Shown piece after piece: positions 24,900-36,627 of a stretch of 43,411 nt of DNA (the stretch's first letter is position 1; each line of letters starts with the position of its first letter). Under the pieces are notes generated by a model. That model was not told where the DNA came from and did not search any database. It saw nothing but the letters and a program-made list of their open reading frames with translations. Source of the stretch: Octopus sinensis (taxonomy: Eukaryota); contig NW_021834990.1 of assembly GCF_006345805.1 (NCBI RefSeq), forward strand, positions 1-43,411, written 5' to 3'. The position numbers and the translations under genes are program-made.

Positions 24900-24965
24900 G
24901 ACCCATGATGAAGGCAAAGTCGCTCACGGCGTAATTTGAACTCAGAACGTAGAGACAGACGAAAT
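24900..24965 (-). mobile_element. SINE family C fragment
   Basis: GATGAAGGCAAAGTCG..TTTGAACTCAGAACGTAG..GACGAAAT. Confidence 0.65.
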
Positions 24966-25047
24966 GTAGTTATCGGCCTTCACAGTATTTTAAGATGAAG
25001 CGTACAATATTAAAAACTTACAATCTTAAATAATATGCACAACATAA

Positions 25048-25430
25048 CGTGGAAGCACTCTGTCGGTTACGACGACGAGGGTTCCGATTGATCCGAATCA
25101 ACGGAACAGCCTACTCGTGAAATTAACGTGTAAGTGGCTGAGCACTCCAGACACGTGTACCCTTAACGTAGTTCTCGGGGATATTCAGCGTGACACAGAG
25201 AGTGACAAGGCCGGCCCCTTGAAATACAGGTACAACAGAAACAGGAAGTAAGAGTGAGAGAAAGTTGTGGTGAAAGAGTACAGCAGGGATCACCACTATC
25301 CCCTGCCGGAGCCTCGTGGAGCTTTAGGTGTTTTCGCTCAATAAACACTCACAACGCCCGGTCTGGGAATCGAAACCGCGATCCTATGACCGCGAGTCCG
25401 CTGCCCTAACCACTGGTCCATTGCGCCTCC
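25048..25430 (-). mobile_element. SINE family B, full length
   Basis: Reverse complement of 1374-1757; ACAACATAA on both flanks. Confidence 0.92.
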
Positions 25431-25464
25431 ACTACAACATAATACTGTAGTTAGCATGTCAGGG

Positions 25465-25830
25465 AAAGGCAGCGAGCTGGCAGAATCAGTGGAGCATCGG
25501 ACAAAAGGCTTAGCGGCATTTGTTCAAATACCGCCGAGGTCAACTTATGGTCGATAAAATAAGCAAGAGTGAAGGACTAAGATTGATATAATCGACTAAA
25601 ATTTCTGGCCTTGAGCTAAAATTTGAAATAGAGCAAGGAGCTGGCAAAAACGTAAGCGCACAGCACAAAATGCTTAGCGGCATTTCTTTTCACTTTATGA
25701 GCTTGGGTTCAAATTCCGCTGAGGTCGACTTTGCTTTGCCTCTTTTCAGGATCGATAAAGTAACCATCAGTCGAGCACTGCGGCTGATATAATCGAGTAG
25801 CCTTCCCCTCCAAAATTTCATGCCCTGTTC
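25465..25830 (+). mobile_element. Two diverged SINE family C copies
   Basis: Two GAGCTGGCA heads (about 25475 and 25638); GGGTTCAAATTCC B box in the second. Confidence 0.7.
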
Positions 25831-26898
25831 AAAGAGTGGTAAGAATATAACATGTTAAAGAAGATGGCCGGATTCGTTATGCCTCGGAAGGACCCTAGAG
25901 AGTACTAAGTCCCACATCATTATTAATCGTATTTTGTACAAATTACCTGCAAAATTTGGGGGTTCTTTCTCTCGTTGATTTGTGTCAGTGTATCACACGA
26001 TTTGGCCCAGTTGCAAACATCCTGTTAGACACATTATTTTATAGCTACATCTATGTTTCTCTTCTTTTTAATCTAACCGCTAAGTCACTGTAATTCCTTA
26101 GTACAACGCTGTAATCAATTGACATTGCTCTGTCGATATTTAATACATTATTGCTATTGGTGTCAGAGAAGATAACGTCAAGTTTATTATATGATATCTG
26201 CTGGTTTGTCTATTTGTTAGAATTCCATATTTTCACATTGTCGTTTTCTAATTAAATGCGGATTCATATGAATACTACAGAGCTTTTTTTTCTTGGAGCA
26301 GTTGAAATTGGATGGCTTTGTTACATTATAGGTTTGACGCGTCTCCGTGTATATATTATGTTGAAGCCAAGGCATAATAACTTGATACAATGTCGAGATA
26401 CGATGTGCATCAGAAAATACATCACGCAGTTGACATTTGTTGACTACAACACAGGATTTGCAGATAATACTTTCAACATATTTAGTGGTGATAATCTGCT
26501 CTTATACCTTGACTAGAGTTATTACTGTGACCCCGGCAAGGAATTAAAAATTGCAATGAGGTAACAAAAAACGACAAGAACAAATTACTTATGATTTTTT
26601 TATTTCCTACGCACTTACAGAAAAATATACCTCTTCCGATATTATTGGTAAGATGATAATAATAATAATAGTATATTATACAGCATGAAATGTTTGAATA
26701 CAAGTTTGAAGAAGGACAGAATTCAACTTGAAATATAACGTGTCTTAGTTTTGAACTTCAACCAATTCAAATTATACGTGAATATGTTTGTGAGACTGGA
26801 CAAAGATATTTTCGTGTTTCACAAAATCAAATGTAAAATGTTTTGCGGAAAATGTTATAGAAACTGTACAAACATATAGACGCGGGCATGACTACATG

Positions 26899-27052
26899 CG
26901 CAAGAATGGGATGTGCTGTAAAGAAGCTTGCTTTACGACCATATGGTTTCGGGTTCAGTCCCATTGCCTGGCACCTTGCACAGGCTTCTTTTATAGATTA
27001 AAACCGATCACTGATTTGTGATTGAATGTGACAAACGGAAACTACGTAAAAT
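26899..27052 (+). mobile_element. Diverged SINE family A left arm
   Basis: GAAGCTTGCTT..ATGGTTTCGGGTTCAGTCCCA..GGCACCTTG..CGGAAACT followed by (TG)n. Confidence 0.65.
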
Positions 27053-27056
27053 CATG

Positions 27057-27103
<47 letters not shown>

Positions 27104-27484
27104 GAGAAAGAGTAGAAAGAAGGGATGTGTGTACAATAGAAGGAGATTCATAGTATAGCATAATAATGCAAGGCAATATTCAGTGAAGATAGTTCCCCCA
27201 AAAAAACGATAAATTCATAAGGCTGGGAAGCTCTACTTCACTCTCCTTACTCACTAGACTTCACTCTCCTTACTCACCAACAGAAGTTTGCTTATTCAAG
27301 ACATTTCAACACAAATACGAGTAGAGAAAACTTTCAGAAGTAAATACGGTATCGAAACGTCCATCTAAACATTATTTTCTTCTAAAGAATCTAATTTTTT
27401 TGCCGGAGGAATCAAGAAAAAAGGTCTCGAGGTAGGAAGACGTTATTTTGCTATCGAGACACAGGGGTGGCTGTGTGGTAAATC

Positions 27485-27888
27485 TTTTACTCTTTACTCT
27501 TTTACTTGTTTCAGTCATTTGACTGCGGCCATGCTGGAGCACCGCCTTTAAACGAGCAACTCGACCCCGGGACTTATTCTTTGTAAGCCCAGTACTTATC
27601 CTATCGGTCTCTTTTGCCGAACCGCTAAGTGACGGGTACATAAACACACCAGCATCGCTTGTCAAGTAATGCTAGAGGGACAAACACAGACACACAAACA
27701 TACACGCACATATATATATATATATACATATATACGACAGGCTTCTTTCAGTTTCCGTCTACCAAATCTACTCACAAGGTTTTGGTCGGCCCGAGGCTAT
27801 AGTAGAAGACACTTGCCCAAGGTGCCACGCAGCGGGACTGAACCCGGAACCATGTGGTTGGTAAACAAGCTACTTACCACACAGCCAC
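27485..27888 (-). mobile_element. SINE family A, nested antisense in an older plus-strand family A copy (27466-27484 + 27889-28025)
   Basis: Older head GTGGCTGTGTGGTAA on the left continues to the right of the insert; AATCTT at both junctions. Confidence 0.85.
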
Positions 27889-28264
27889 AGAATCTTGTTT
27901 CCAAACAATATGGTTCCAAGTACAGTCTCACTACGTACCACTACGGGCAAGTACCTTCTACTACAACCTACAAGCCTTGTGAGTGGATTTGGTAGAGGGA
28001 AACTGAAAGAAGCCCGTAGTATACATATATGTGTGTGTGTATATGTCTGTGGGGGAGCATCATAGCCAAGTATTGAGAGGGATTCTTTGGGGTTTGAATA
28101 AATGTAACAAAAGCATTGGAATAGAAGATATGCCATTTTTTAATGCTTTCTATGGGTAAGCAAATAGGAAATAACCCATTATATGTCACTGTATATATGA
28201 TCCAACACGGTTGATTTATGAACTCTTACAATGCCTTTTGTTATTGTTCTTTGAATTTTAGACT

Positions 28265-28287
28265 TTATTGGTTAGTAGTATTAGTAT

Positions 28288-28339
<52 letters not shown>

Positions 28340-28545
28340 GGTGGTGGTGGTGGTGGTGGTGGTGGTAATGGTGGTGGTGGTAGTATCAGTAGTGATGGTG
28401 AAGGTGGTGGTAGTAGTAATGGTGGTGGCGGTAGTGTTGTTGTTGGTGGCGGTAGTAGTGTTGGTGGTTGTGGTGGTTGTGGTGGTAGTATCAGTAGTGG
28501 TGGTGACGTTGGTGGTAGTTGTAGTAGTAGTAGTAGTAGTAGTAG
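28265..28545. repeat. (GTA)n/(GGT)n compound microsatellite
   Basis: Direct reading. Confidence 0.95.
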
Positions 28546-28987
28546 GTGCTTGCTGGCAATAGCCAATAATGATCGCATTTTACGGATCGCATTGTACAGA
28601 TCACATTGTACAATATGTGATATTCCTATGATAAATTGTTAGCACAATAAAGGCGGCGAGTTGGCAGACTCGTAAACACAACACACACGAACAAAACGCT
28701 TAGTGGCGTTTCGTCCGTCTTCGTGTTCCGAATTCAATTTCCACCCGCCATTTTTTGGTAGGAGGGACAGGAAGAAATGAGTACCAACTACGTACTGCGG
28801 TCAATATTATTCGATTGTCTGGCACGCCGAGACAAATACTTAGCGGTCTTTTGTCCGTTTTAACGTTCTGAATTCAAATTCCGCCGAGGTCGCCTTTGCT
28901 TTTCATCCTTTTGGGTTTGATAAAAGAAGTACCATTATTTACATTATTCACATTTGACGGATATTTGCCCTCATCTTGTTTGTTGTT

Positions 28988-29033
28988 AACACAACGTTTC
29001 GGCTGATAGACCCTCCAGCCTTCTTCAGGTGAC
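28988..29033 (-). ncRNA. Minimal type I hammerhead ribozyme motif
   Basis: GUCAC-CUGAAGA-A-GGCUG[GAGGGUCUAU]CAGCC-GAAAC-GUU-GUGUU; palindromic AACGUU in place of stem III; one mismatch in stem I. Confidence 0.75.
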
Positions 29034-29223
29034 TTTCGGAAATTTCGAACCTGGGTTCTCATTCTTAAGGTATTTTTCGATGTTATTATTATTATGGTTG
29101 GCCGGTAACGTATTTTTCTGCAATGTATGGTTAATTTATCCTGTTTATGCTATTTTAATAATAGCAATAATAACATCGAAAAATACCTTAAGAATGAGAA
29201 CCCAGGTTCGAAATTTCCCCAAA

Positions 29224-29269
29224 GACACCTGATGAAGGTTGGAGGGTCTATCAGCTGAAACGCTGTGTT
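29224..29269 (+). ncRNA. Minimal type I hammerhead ribozyme motif, U16.1>C (probably inactive)
   Basis: GACAC-CUGAUGA-A-GGUUG[GAGGGUCUAU]CAGCU-GAAAC-GCU-GUGUU. Confidence 0.65.
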
Positions 29270-29609
29270 AACAACAAACAAGATGAGGACAAATATCCGT
29301 CAAATGTAAATAATGTAAATAATTCCTCATCTCTTAAATACAGAACTGTATTAAAGCAAGTACCAGTTGAACACTAGGGTCAATGTACTTGAGTTATCTC
29401 TTCCCTGAAACGTTGCTGGCCTTGTGCCATAACTGGAAAGCCAATAGATTTTTAGCAGAACAGTCTGTGGAATACAGTCCTGTAATGTTCCGTTTCCAGA
29501 GCGTTGTAGCATGCAGAAAGCTTTGTGATGCGGAAGCAAGATAAGAAAGTAATTAAGACAAGTTTCTTACAATGCGAAAAAGGGGAAACGTTTCGCAGCA
29601 GCTTCCACC

Positions 29610-29665
29610 AATATCATACCACCACCACAACTACTACGACCATTATTATCATTGCCTACAAGCAC

Positions 29666-29696
<31 letters not shown>

Positions 29697-30028
29697 GACT
29701 ACTACTACTACTAGTAGTAGTACTACTACTACCACCACCACCACGATTACTATTACTACTTCAACTATTAGCACCACTGCCACCACTACTACGATTACTA
29801 CTACTACTACTACTACTACTACCATGATTGCTATTACTACTACTACCACCACCACCACCATATTACTACTACTGCTACTACCACCACCACTACCACTATC
29901 ACTAGTACTACTACTACCACCACCACTGCTACCGGCAATATCACTATTATTACTACTATTCCTACTACCATCACTATCACTATTACTACTACTACTACCA
30001 CCATTACTACCACTACTACCACCACTAT

Positions 30029-30095
<67 letters not shown>

Positions 30096-30130
30096 ACTAC
30101 TATTGCTACTACAGCCACCACCGCTGCCGC
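29610..30130. repeat. (CTA)n/(CCA)n/(CTG)n compound microsatellite
   Basis: Direct reading. Confidence 0.95.
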
Positions 30131-30339
30131 CACTGGTGTCAATGTAGGCAATTACTCCACGACTGAAGCTCAACTAGAGCTAATCATCCACCGCCGTCCT
30201 AACCGTGACCCCTACGACCAATTGTTGCTGTTGCAACTACATTCACTGATTGCCGTCACCGACCCTACCACCGCCATCTACACGGACACTGCGAGATTAC
30301 TGCGGGGTCACTGACCCCTCAACAACCAGCAATGAACGG

Positions 30340-30720
30340 ATCAAGCACACCGGGCGAAATGCTTAGCGGTATTTTATCTGCCGTTACGTTCTGAGTTCAA
30401 ATTCCGCCGAAGTCGACTTTGCCTTTCACCCTTTCGGGGTCGATTAAATAAGTACCAGTTACGCACTGGGGTCGATGTAATAGACTTAATCCGTGTGTCT
30501 GTCTTTGTTTGTCCTCTCTGTGTTTAGCCCCTTGTGGGTAGTAAAGAAATAGGTATTTCGTCTGCCGCTACGTTCTGAGTTCAAATTCCGCCGTGGTCGA
30601 CTTTGCCTTTCATCCTTTCGGGGTCGATAAAATAAGTATCAGTTACGCACTGGAGTCGATATAATCAACTTACCCCTCCCCTAAAAATTGCTGCCCTCGT
30701 TGCAAAATTTGGAACTATTA
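30340..30720 (+). mobile_element. SINE family C dimer
   Basis: Unit starts at 30368 and 30552 (184 bp period). Confidence 0.88.
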
Positions 30721-30745
30721 TTCTGTTATTTTACTACAAATACGT

Positions 30746-30985
30746 GTGAAGACGCGTAGCCTAGTGATTAGGGTGTTGCACCGACGCTCACCAGATCATA
30801 GGTTCGATTCCTCGACCGAGCGACGTGTTGTGTTCTTGGCAAAACTCTTAGCTTTCTGACCAAGGGTGGGGAATGTTGACTTGCTCGCCCAGCCTGTGGA
30901 GTGGCATCAGTCGAAAGCTAAAGCGATGCGAAGTGCATTGTGACCAGCGATGTGTAACACTATTCGATAGCCTGGTCGATCACGT
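30746..30985 (+). mobile_element. SINE family D (tRNA head, CORE-like), diverged
   Basis: A box TAGCCTAGTGATTAG, B box GGTTCGATTCC, then TTGTGTTCTTGGCAAAAC; related to 43108. Confidence 0.7.
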
Positions 30986-31299
30986 GAATTTTATGAATGT
31001 ATATTTTAAATAGCGCTGTAAATACGTCGATGATACCGAGAGATTTTTTTGTTGTAGGTTGTCAAGTTTCTCGAAAACAAGCAAAAGAAAGGAAGAAAAG
31101 AAAGTGGACATCTAAATCAATCATCGTTCATTGTCGTTTGCTTGGATTTCTCTCTGTCTGTCTGTCTGTCCGTCTTCTGTCGGTTTGTCTTTGCGCGTGC
31201 GCAAAGAAACACAAACAACGACAAAATGAGAACAGGTGGATGGCCATAGCGAAGGGTAACAAGATGGGAGGTAGCGTTGTGGCTGTTATTGTTGCTGAT

Positions 31300-31960
31300 G
31301 TTGCTGGTGGTGGTGGTGGTGGTGGTGGTGGTGGTGGTGATGGTTTTGGTGGTAGTATTGATGGTTGTGGTGGTGGTAGCGATGATGGTAGTGGGGATGG
31401 TGGTGGTGGTGGTGATGGTGGTGGTGGTGATGGTGGTAGTGGTGGTGATGGTGGTGGTGGTGATGGTGGTGGTGATGAAGATGGTGGTTGATATCGGTAT
31501 TTGTGGAGGTGGTGGTGGTGTGGTAGTGGGAGTGATGGTGGTGGTGATGGTTTTGGTGGTAGTATTGATGGTTTTGGTGGTGGTGATGGTAGTGGGAGTG
31601 GTGGTGGTGGTGATGAAGGTGGTGGTGGTGATAGTGGTAGTGGTGGTGGTGGTGGTGGTGGTGGTGATGGTTTTGGTGGTAGTATTGATGGTTTTGGTGG
31701 TGGTAGCGATGATGGTAGTGGGAGTGGTGGCGGTGGTGGTGATGAAGGTGGTGGTGGTGATGGTGGTGGTGGTGGTAGTGGTGGTGATGAAGGTGGTGGT
31801 TGATATCGGTATTTGTGGAGGTGGTGGTGGTGGTGGTTTTGGTGGTGGTAGCGATGGTGGTAGTGGTGGTGATTTTGATGAAGGTGTTGTTATTGTTGTT
31901 GTTGGTGGTGGTGGTGGTGATGAAGGTGGTAGTGGTAATAGTGGTTGCGGTGGTTTTAAT
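31300..31960. repeat. (GGT/GAT)-based minisatellite with higher-order repeats
   Basis: GATGGTTTTGGTGGTAGTATTGATGGT at 31339, 31546 and 31666; GGTTGATATCGGTATTTGTGGAGG at 31486 and 31798. Confidence 0.9.
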
Positions 31961-32019
31961 GATGCTGGCGTTAATGCTCTCCTTGTTGCAAACCTCGTTG
32001 TTGTTCTTCTTTTTCTTCC

Positions 32020-32711
32020 ACAATTACCAACAACAACAACATCAAGAACCAATAACTTCAACAATAATAACAACAGCGAACATTGCATCACCACCACCAC
32101 CACCACCACCACCACCACCACCATCACCAAAGCCATCACCACTGCTGCCGCAACGACGATGACAACAACAACAACAACAGCAACAGCGTCGAGTAATTCT
32201 CAACATTCCCACTGCTTCCACGACCACCATCACTGCATTAACGATAACAATAGCACGAAGAACAATAACAAGAACAACAACAGCCTCACTACCAGCATCA
32301 CCAAATCCAGCGTCGACACCACCACCACCACCACCACAACAACAACAACAACAACAATCCCATAACAACAACAACAACAACATCAGCTTCAACAACAGCA
32401 ATAAATGCAATAACAAATAGCGTCTGCAAAATGGCGCATTTCATTGGAAGCAATTATTTTGTGTTGCCTAAATAAATTGAAAACGAGGCTAAGCTTTCCA
32501 CCGTTAATTAGTTTTACTTATAATCAGATTAACTTATCGGCAAATTGTTAGAGAAAATAACAACTGCAATATCATCGACGTCGACGTCATTATAAGCAAT
32601 CATTGTCATCATCATCACCATCATCACCATCATCACCATCATCATCATCATCACCATCATCACCATCATCGTCATCACCGTCGTCATCATCATCACCATC
32701 ATCATCACCAC

Positions 32712-32753
<42 letters not shown>

Positions 32754-33725
32754 ATCAACAGCAACTACAACAACAACAGCCAACAGCCACCATCACTAAC
32801 GTCATTGTTGCCAACCACCATCATCAGCAGCAGCAGTTTTGTTATTCATCATCATCATCATCATCAGCGTCATCATCGCAATCAGCATCATCATCTTCAG
32901 CATCATCATCACCATCATCATCATCGTCATGGTGTTCGTGATGGTGGTGGGTCTTGTTGGTGTTGGTGATAGTTGTCGTAATGGTGATCATGGTGGTGGT
33001 GGTGGTGGTGGTGTTGGAGGTGGTGGTGGTGGTGGTGGTGGTGGTGGTGGTGGAGGTTGGGGTCGTGGTGGTAGTGGTGGAGGTAGTCGTGGTGGTGGTG
33101 GTGGTAGTGGTGGTGGTTGGGGTCGTGGTGGTGGTGGTGGTGGAGGTAGTCGTGGTGGTGGTCGTGGAAGTGATGGAGGCCAAGGTGGTGGCGGTGGTGG
33201 TTGTGGTGTTGATGATCGTTGCCATCGTGGTCGTAGTAGTCGTGATGGTCATGGTGGTGACGGTGTTGATGGTGGTGACGGTGGTCTGCGGTCTGCGATG
33301 GTTTGGTTGATCCTCTTAGCGGTGGCTACGGTGATGGTGTTGGTGCTGGGAACGGATTACTATGGACTGTGGCGATGGCAATAATGGTGTAATTCTGCTG
33401 ATTTTGACGACGACGACGACGATGATGATGATGACGACGACGACGACGAGGAGAAGGAGGAAAGGGAGGCAGAAGAAGAAAAAAAATAAGAAGAAGAAGA
33501 GGAAGGCGAGGAGAAGGAGGAGGGGGAGGGGAGGACGAGGTGGTGTGGTGGTAAAAAAAGATGATGATAGTGATGGTGGTGGTGGTGGTGGTGGTGGTGG
33601 TGGCAGTATGATGATGATGATGATGATGATGATAATGATAATGATCATGAGGATGATGATGGTAGCGGTGGCAGTGGTGGTCATGATGGTGATGGTTGAT
33701 AATAATAATAATAATAATAATAATA
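32020..33725. repeat. Compound (CAA/ACC/CAT) then (GGT/GAC/GAA/GAT/AAT) microsatellite field with one unique island
   Basis: Direct reading. Confidence 0.9.
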
Positions 33726-33726
33726 A

Positions 33727-33820
33727 GTACCTTTATCAGACGGGTAGTCATGATGGGCATATTGGGCTTCGTATATTTTACCCCAGTGTCACTTTGATGG
33801 CATGAACTGCATTCTCACTC
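33727..33820 (+). mobile_element. TAA-associated element, 3'-terminal 94 bp only
   Basis: Same 3' end CTCACTC(AAT)n; (TAA)n on both sides. Confidence 0.85.
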
Positions 33821-33867
33821 AATAATAATAATAATAGTGTTGATGATAATAATAGTAATAATAATAA

Positions 33868-33898
<31 letters not shown>

Positions 33899-33941
33899 AA
33901 GAAGAAGAAGAAGAAGAAGAAGAAGAAGAATTATCATTATC

Positions 33942-34033
<92 letters not shown>

Positions 34034-34215
34034 AATCCTTTCTACTAAAGGCAGAAGGTCTGACATTTCGGGACAGGAGAGTAGTCGATTACATCGACCT
34101 CGGCAGAATTTGAACTCAGAACGTAAAGCGGACGAAATGCCGCTAAGTACTTTTCCCGGTGTACTTAGGATTCTGCCAGCATACTGCCCTAATAATAATA
34201 ATAATAATAATAATA

Positions 34216-34259
<44 letters not shown>

Positions 34260-34312
34260 TAATACTAATAATAATAACAATAGTAATAATAATAATAGTA
34301 ATAATAATAATA

Positions 34313-34360
<48 letters not shown>

Positions 34361-34430
34361 TAATAATAACAATAGTAATAATAATAACAATAATAATAAT
34401 AATAAAATGATAATAATAATAATAATAATG
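33821..34430. repeat. (AAT)(AAG)(ATC/ATT) and (AAT)n tracts flanking a minus-strand SINE C fragment (34032-34190)
   Basis: Direct reading; TTTGAACTCAGAACG B-box complement at about 34110. Confidence 0.85.
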
Positions 34431-34747
34431 GAGTGAAAATCAACTCACCGCTTGCATTGGTATTTCGTGTATTATTTGGAATACAAGAAGCTGGATAATA
34501 TATTTGCATAAATATGCATATATTTGCATAAGTAATTGTCAGTTATGTAACGACTCTAAACTATTTATTAAGACTGACATTAATAAAAATGGAGGTGTGA
34601 TATCGTGACCTTCGCAACATCGACTCAGAACGTGCGAATGTGAGTGGTCATTATTTTAATATGCCGTACTTGGTCGAAACGATAGTGTCACGTTTCGATT
34701 CTCGCTGATGCAGGACTAGTTTTCCGTCGCATTATTGTCTGAGACGA

Positions 34748-35480
34748 AGGGGGCGAGCTGGCATAAAGGTTTAGCACGCCAGGCGAAATGCTTAGCGTTA
34801 TTTCGTCTGCCGTTATTACGTTCTAAGTTCAAATTCCGCCGAGGTCGATTTTGCATTTCATCCTTTCGGGGTCGATTAAATAAGTACCAGTTACGCATTG
34901 GAGTCGATATAATTGACTTAATCCGTTTGTCTGTCCTTGTTTGTCCCCTCTATGTTTAGCCCCTTGTGGGTAGTAAAGAAATAGGTATTTCGTCTGCCGC
35001 TACGTTCTGAGTTCAAATTCCGCCGAGGTCGACTTTGCCTTTCACCCTTTCAGGATCGATTAAATAAGTACCAGTTACGCACTGGGGTCGATATAATCGA
35101 CTCAATCCGTTTGACTGTCCTTGTTTGTCCTCTCTGTGCTTAGTCCCTTGTGGGTAGTAAAAAAATAGGTATTTCGTCTCCCGCTACGTTCTGAGTTCAA
35201 ATTCCGCCGAGGTCGACTTTGCCTCTCATCCTTTCGGGATCGGGGGTCGATATAATCGACTCAATCCGTTTGTCTGTCCTTGTTTGTCCTCTCTGTGCTT
35301 AGTCCCTTGTGGGTAGTAAAGAAATAGCTATTTCGTCTCCCGCTACGTTCTGAGTTCAAATTCTGCCGAGGTTGACTTTGCATTTCATCGTTTCGGTGTC
35401 GATAAATTAAGTACCAGTTGCGTACTGGGGTCGATCTAATCGACTGGTCTCCTCTCCAAAAAGTTCGAACCTTGTGCCTA
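34748..35480 (+). mobile_element. SINE family C tetramer
   Basis: One head plus units starting at 34797, 34984, 35168 and 35327. Confidence 0.9.
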
Positions 35481-35589
35481 GTGTAGAAAAGATTATTGTC
35501 TGAGACAAATGCGAACTGGCGGACTGACAATGCATTTTCCTCTTTAACGTAAATTTCCTTTCGATTTACGAATCCAGCATAGACACAGT

Positions 35590-35885
35590 GCGTGTGTGTG
35601 AGTGTGTGCTTGTTAGTGTGGTTATGTGTATGGTCATTTGTGTGGTCGTGTATGTGGTTGGGTGTGTGTGTGTGTGTGGTTGTGTGCACCTGTGTGTTTG
35701 CGCTAGTATGGTCGTGTGTCTGAGTATATGTGTGTGTTGTTGTGGGTGTGATGTGTGTGTTTGTATGTGTATATGGTTGCTTGTGTGCTTGTGTGTGTGT
35801 ATGGGTGTGCGTGTGTGTGTATTCATCTGCATATACCTACGCGTACGCTTGTAATTGTGTGTACATCTGCACGTGTGTATATATA
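35590..35885. repeat. Degenerate (TG)n tract
   Basis: Direct reading. Confidence 0.9.
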
Positions 35886-36082
35886 TATTCAATATGTCCG
35901 AAAACGAATTCACCGGCACAAATGAAGCTGCGTACCTACAGCCATGACGTAATAGCAACCATTTTTACTTACTTTTTCAACCAAATCATTTTGGTGGGGT
36001 TAAACAATAACAAGAAAAAATTAAAAAATAAAGAAACGAATAAAGAGTAAGAAGGCGGAGGATGGATTTTCTTCACCTTATA

Positions 36083-36272
36083 TTTTTACTTCTTTCAGTG
36101 ATTAGACTGCGGCCATGCTGGGGCACCACCTTGAAGGATTTTTAGTCGAACGAATCGACCCCAGTACTTTAGTTTCAAGCATGGTATTTTTGTTTATCGG
36201 AATCATTTTGCGGAACCGCTAAATTACGGAGACATTACCACACCAACACCGGTTGTCAAGCGGTGGAAGGGG

Positions 36273-36306
<34 letters not shown>

Positions 36307-36525
36307 GTATGCACGCACGCTCACACACAAACACGTACATACATGTGGGAAAACGTGTGTGTGCGTGACGGCCTTCTTTCAGTTTCCGCCAACCGCATTC
36401 ATTCACACGACCTTTGGTCGAGCACGAGGCTATAGTGGAAGGCACTTGTTCAAGGTGCCACGCAGGGGGACTAAACCTGGAACCATGTTGTTGAGAACTT
36501 AACATCTTACCACACAGCCACACCT
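36083..36525 (-). mobile_element. SINE family A, older diverged copy
   Basis: Both arms recognisable. Confidence 0.8.
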
Positions 36526-36592
36526 ATACATACATCACCTTACAAACGCCTGCACTCTCTCTCTCTCTCACACACACACTCATATATATGTG

Positions 36593-36624
<32 letters not shown>

Positions 36625-36627
<3 letters not shown>

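Larger units (their letters stand above)
28934..29352. mobile_element. Inverted pair of Penelope-like pseudo-LTR fragments
   Basis: About 157 bp inverted arms (28934-29090 / 29167-29323), each with a minimal hammerhead motif. Confidence 0.75.
28649..29440 (+). mobile_element. Diverged SINE family C copies; the last is split by the Penelope-like palindrome
   Basis: AAGGCGGCGAGTTGGCAGA head; AAGTACC at 28927-28933 is repeated after the insert and followed by AGTTGAACACT. Confidence 0.7.

Noticed and set aside
26256-26860. Unique region with protein-like fragments and a possible 44 nt exon (26507-26550)
   Set aside because: Frames are broken by stops, splice signals are weak and no family is recognised.
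34670-34720. Type II hammerhead-like arrangement GAAACG..CGTT..CTGATGCAG
   Set aside because: The core is wrong (CUGAUGCAG) and the spacing is off; a simple TCGAAACG/CGTTTCGA hairpin explains it.
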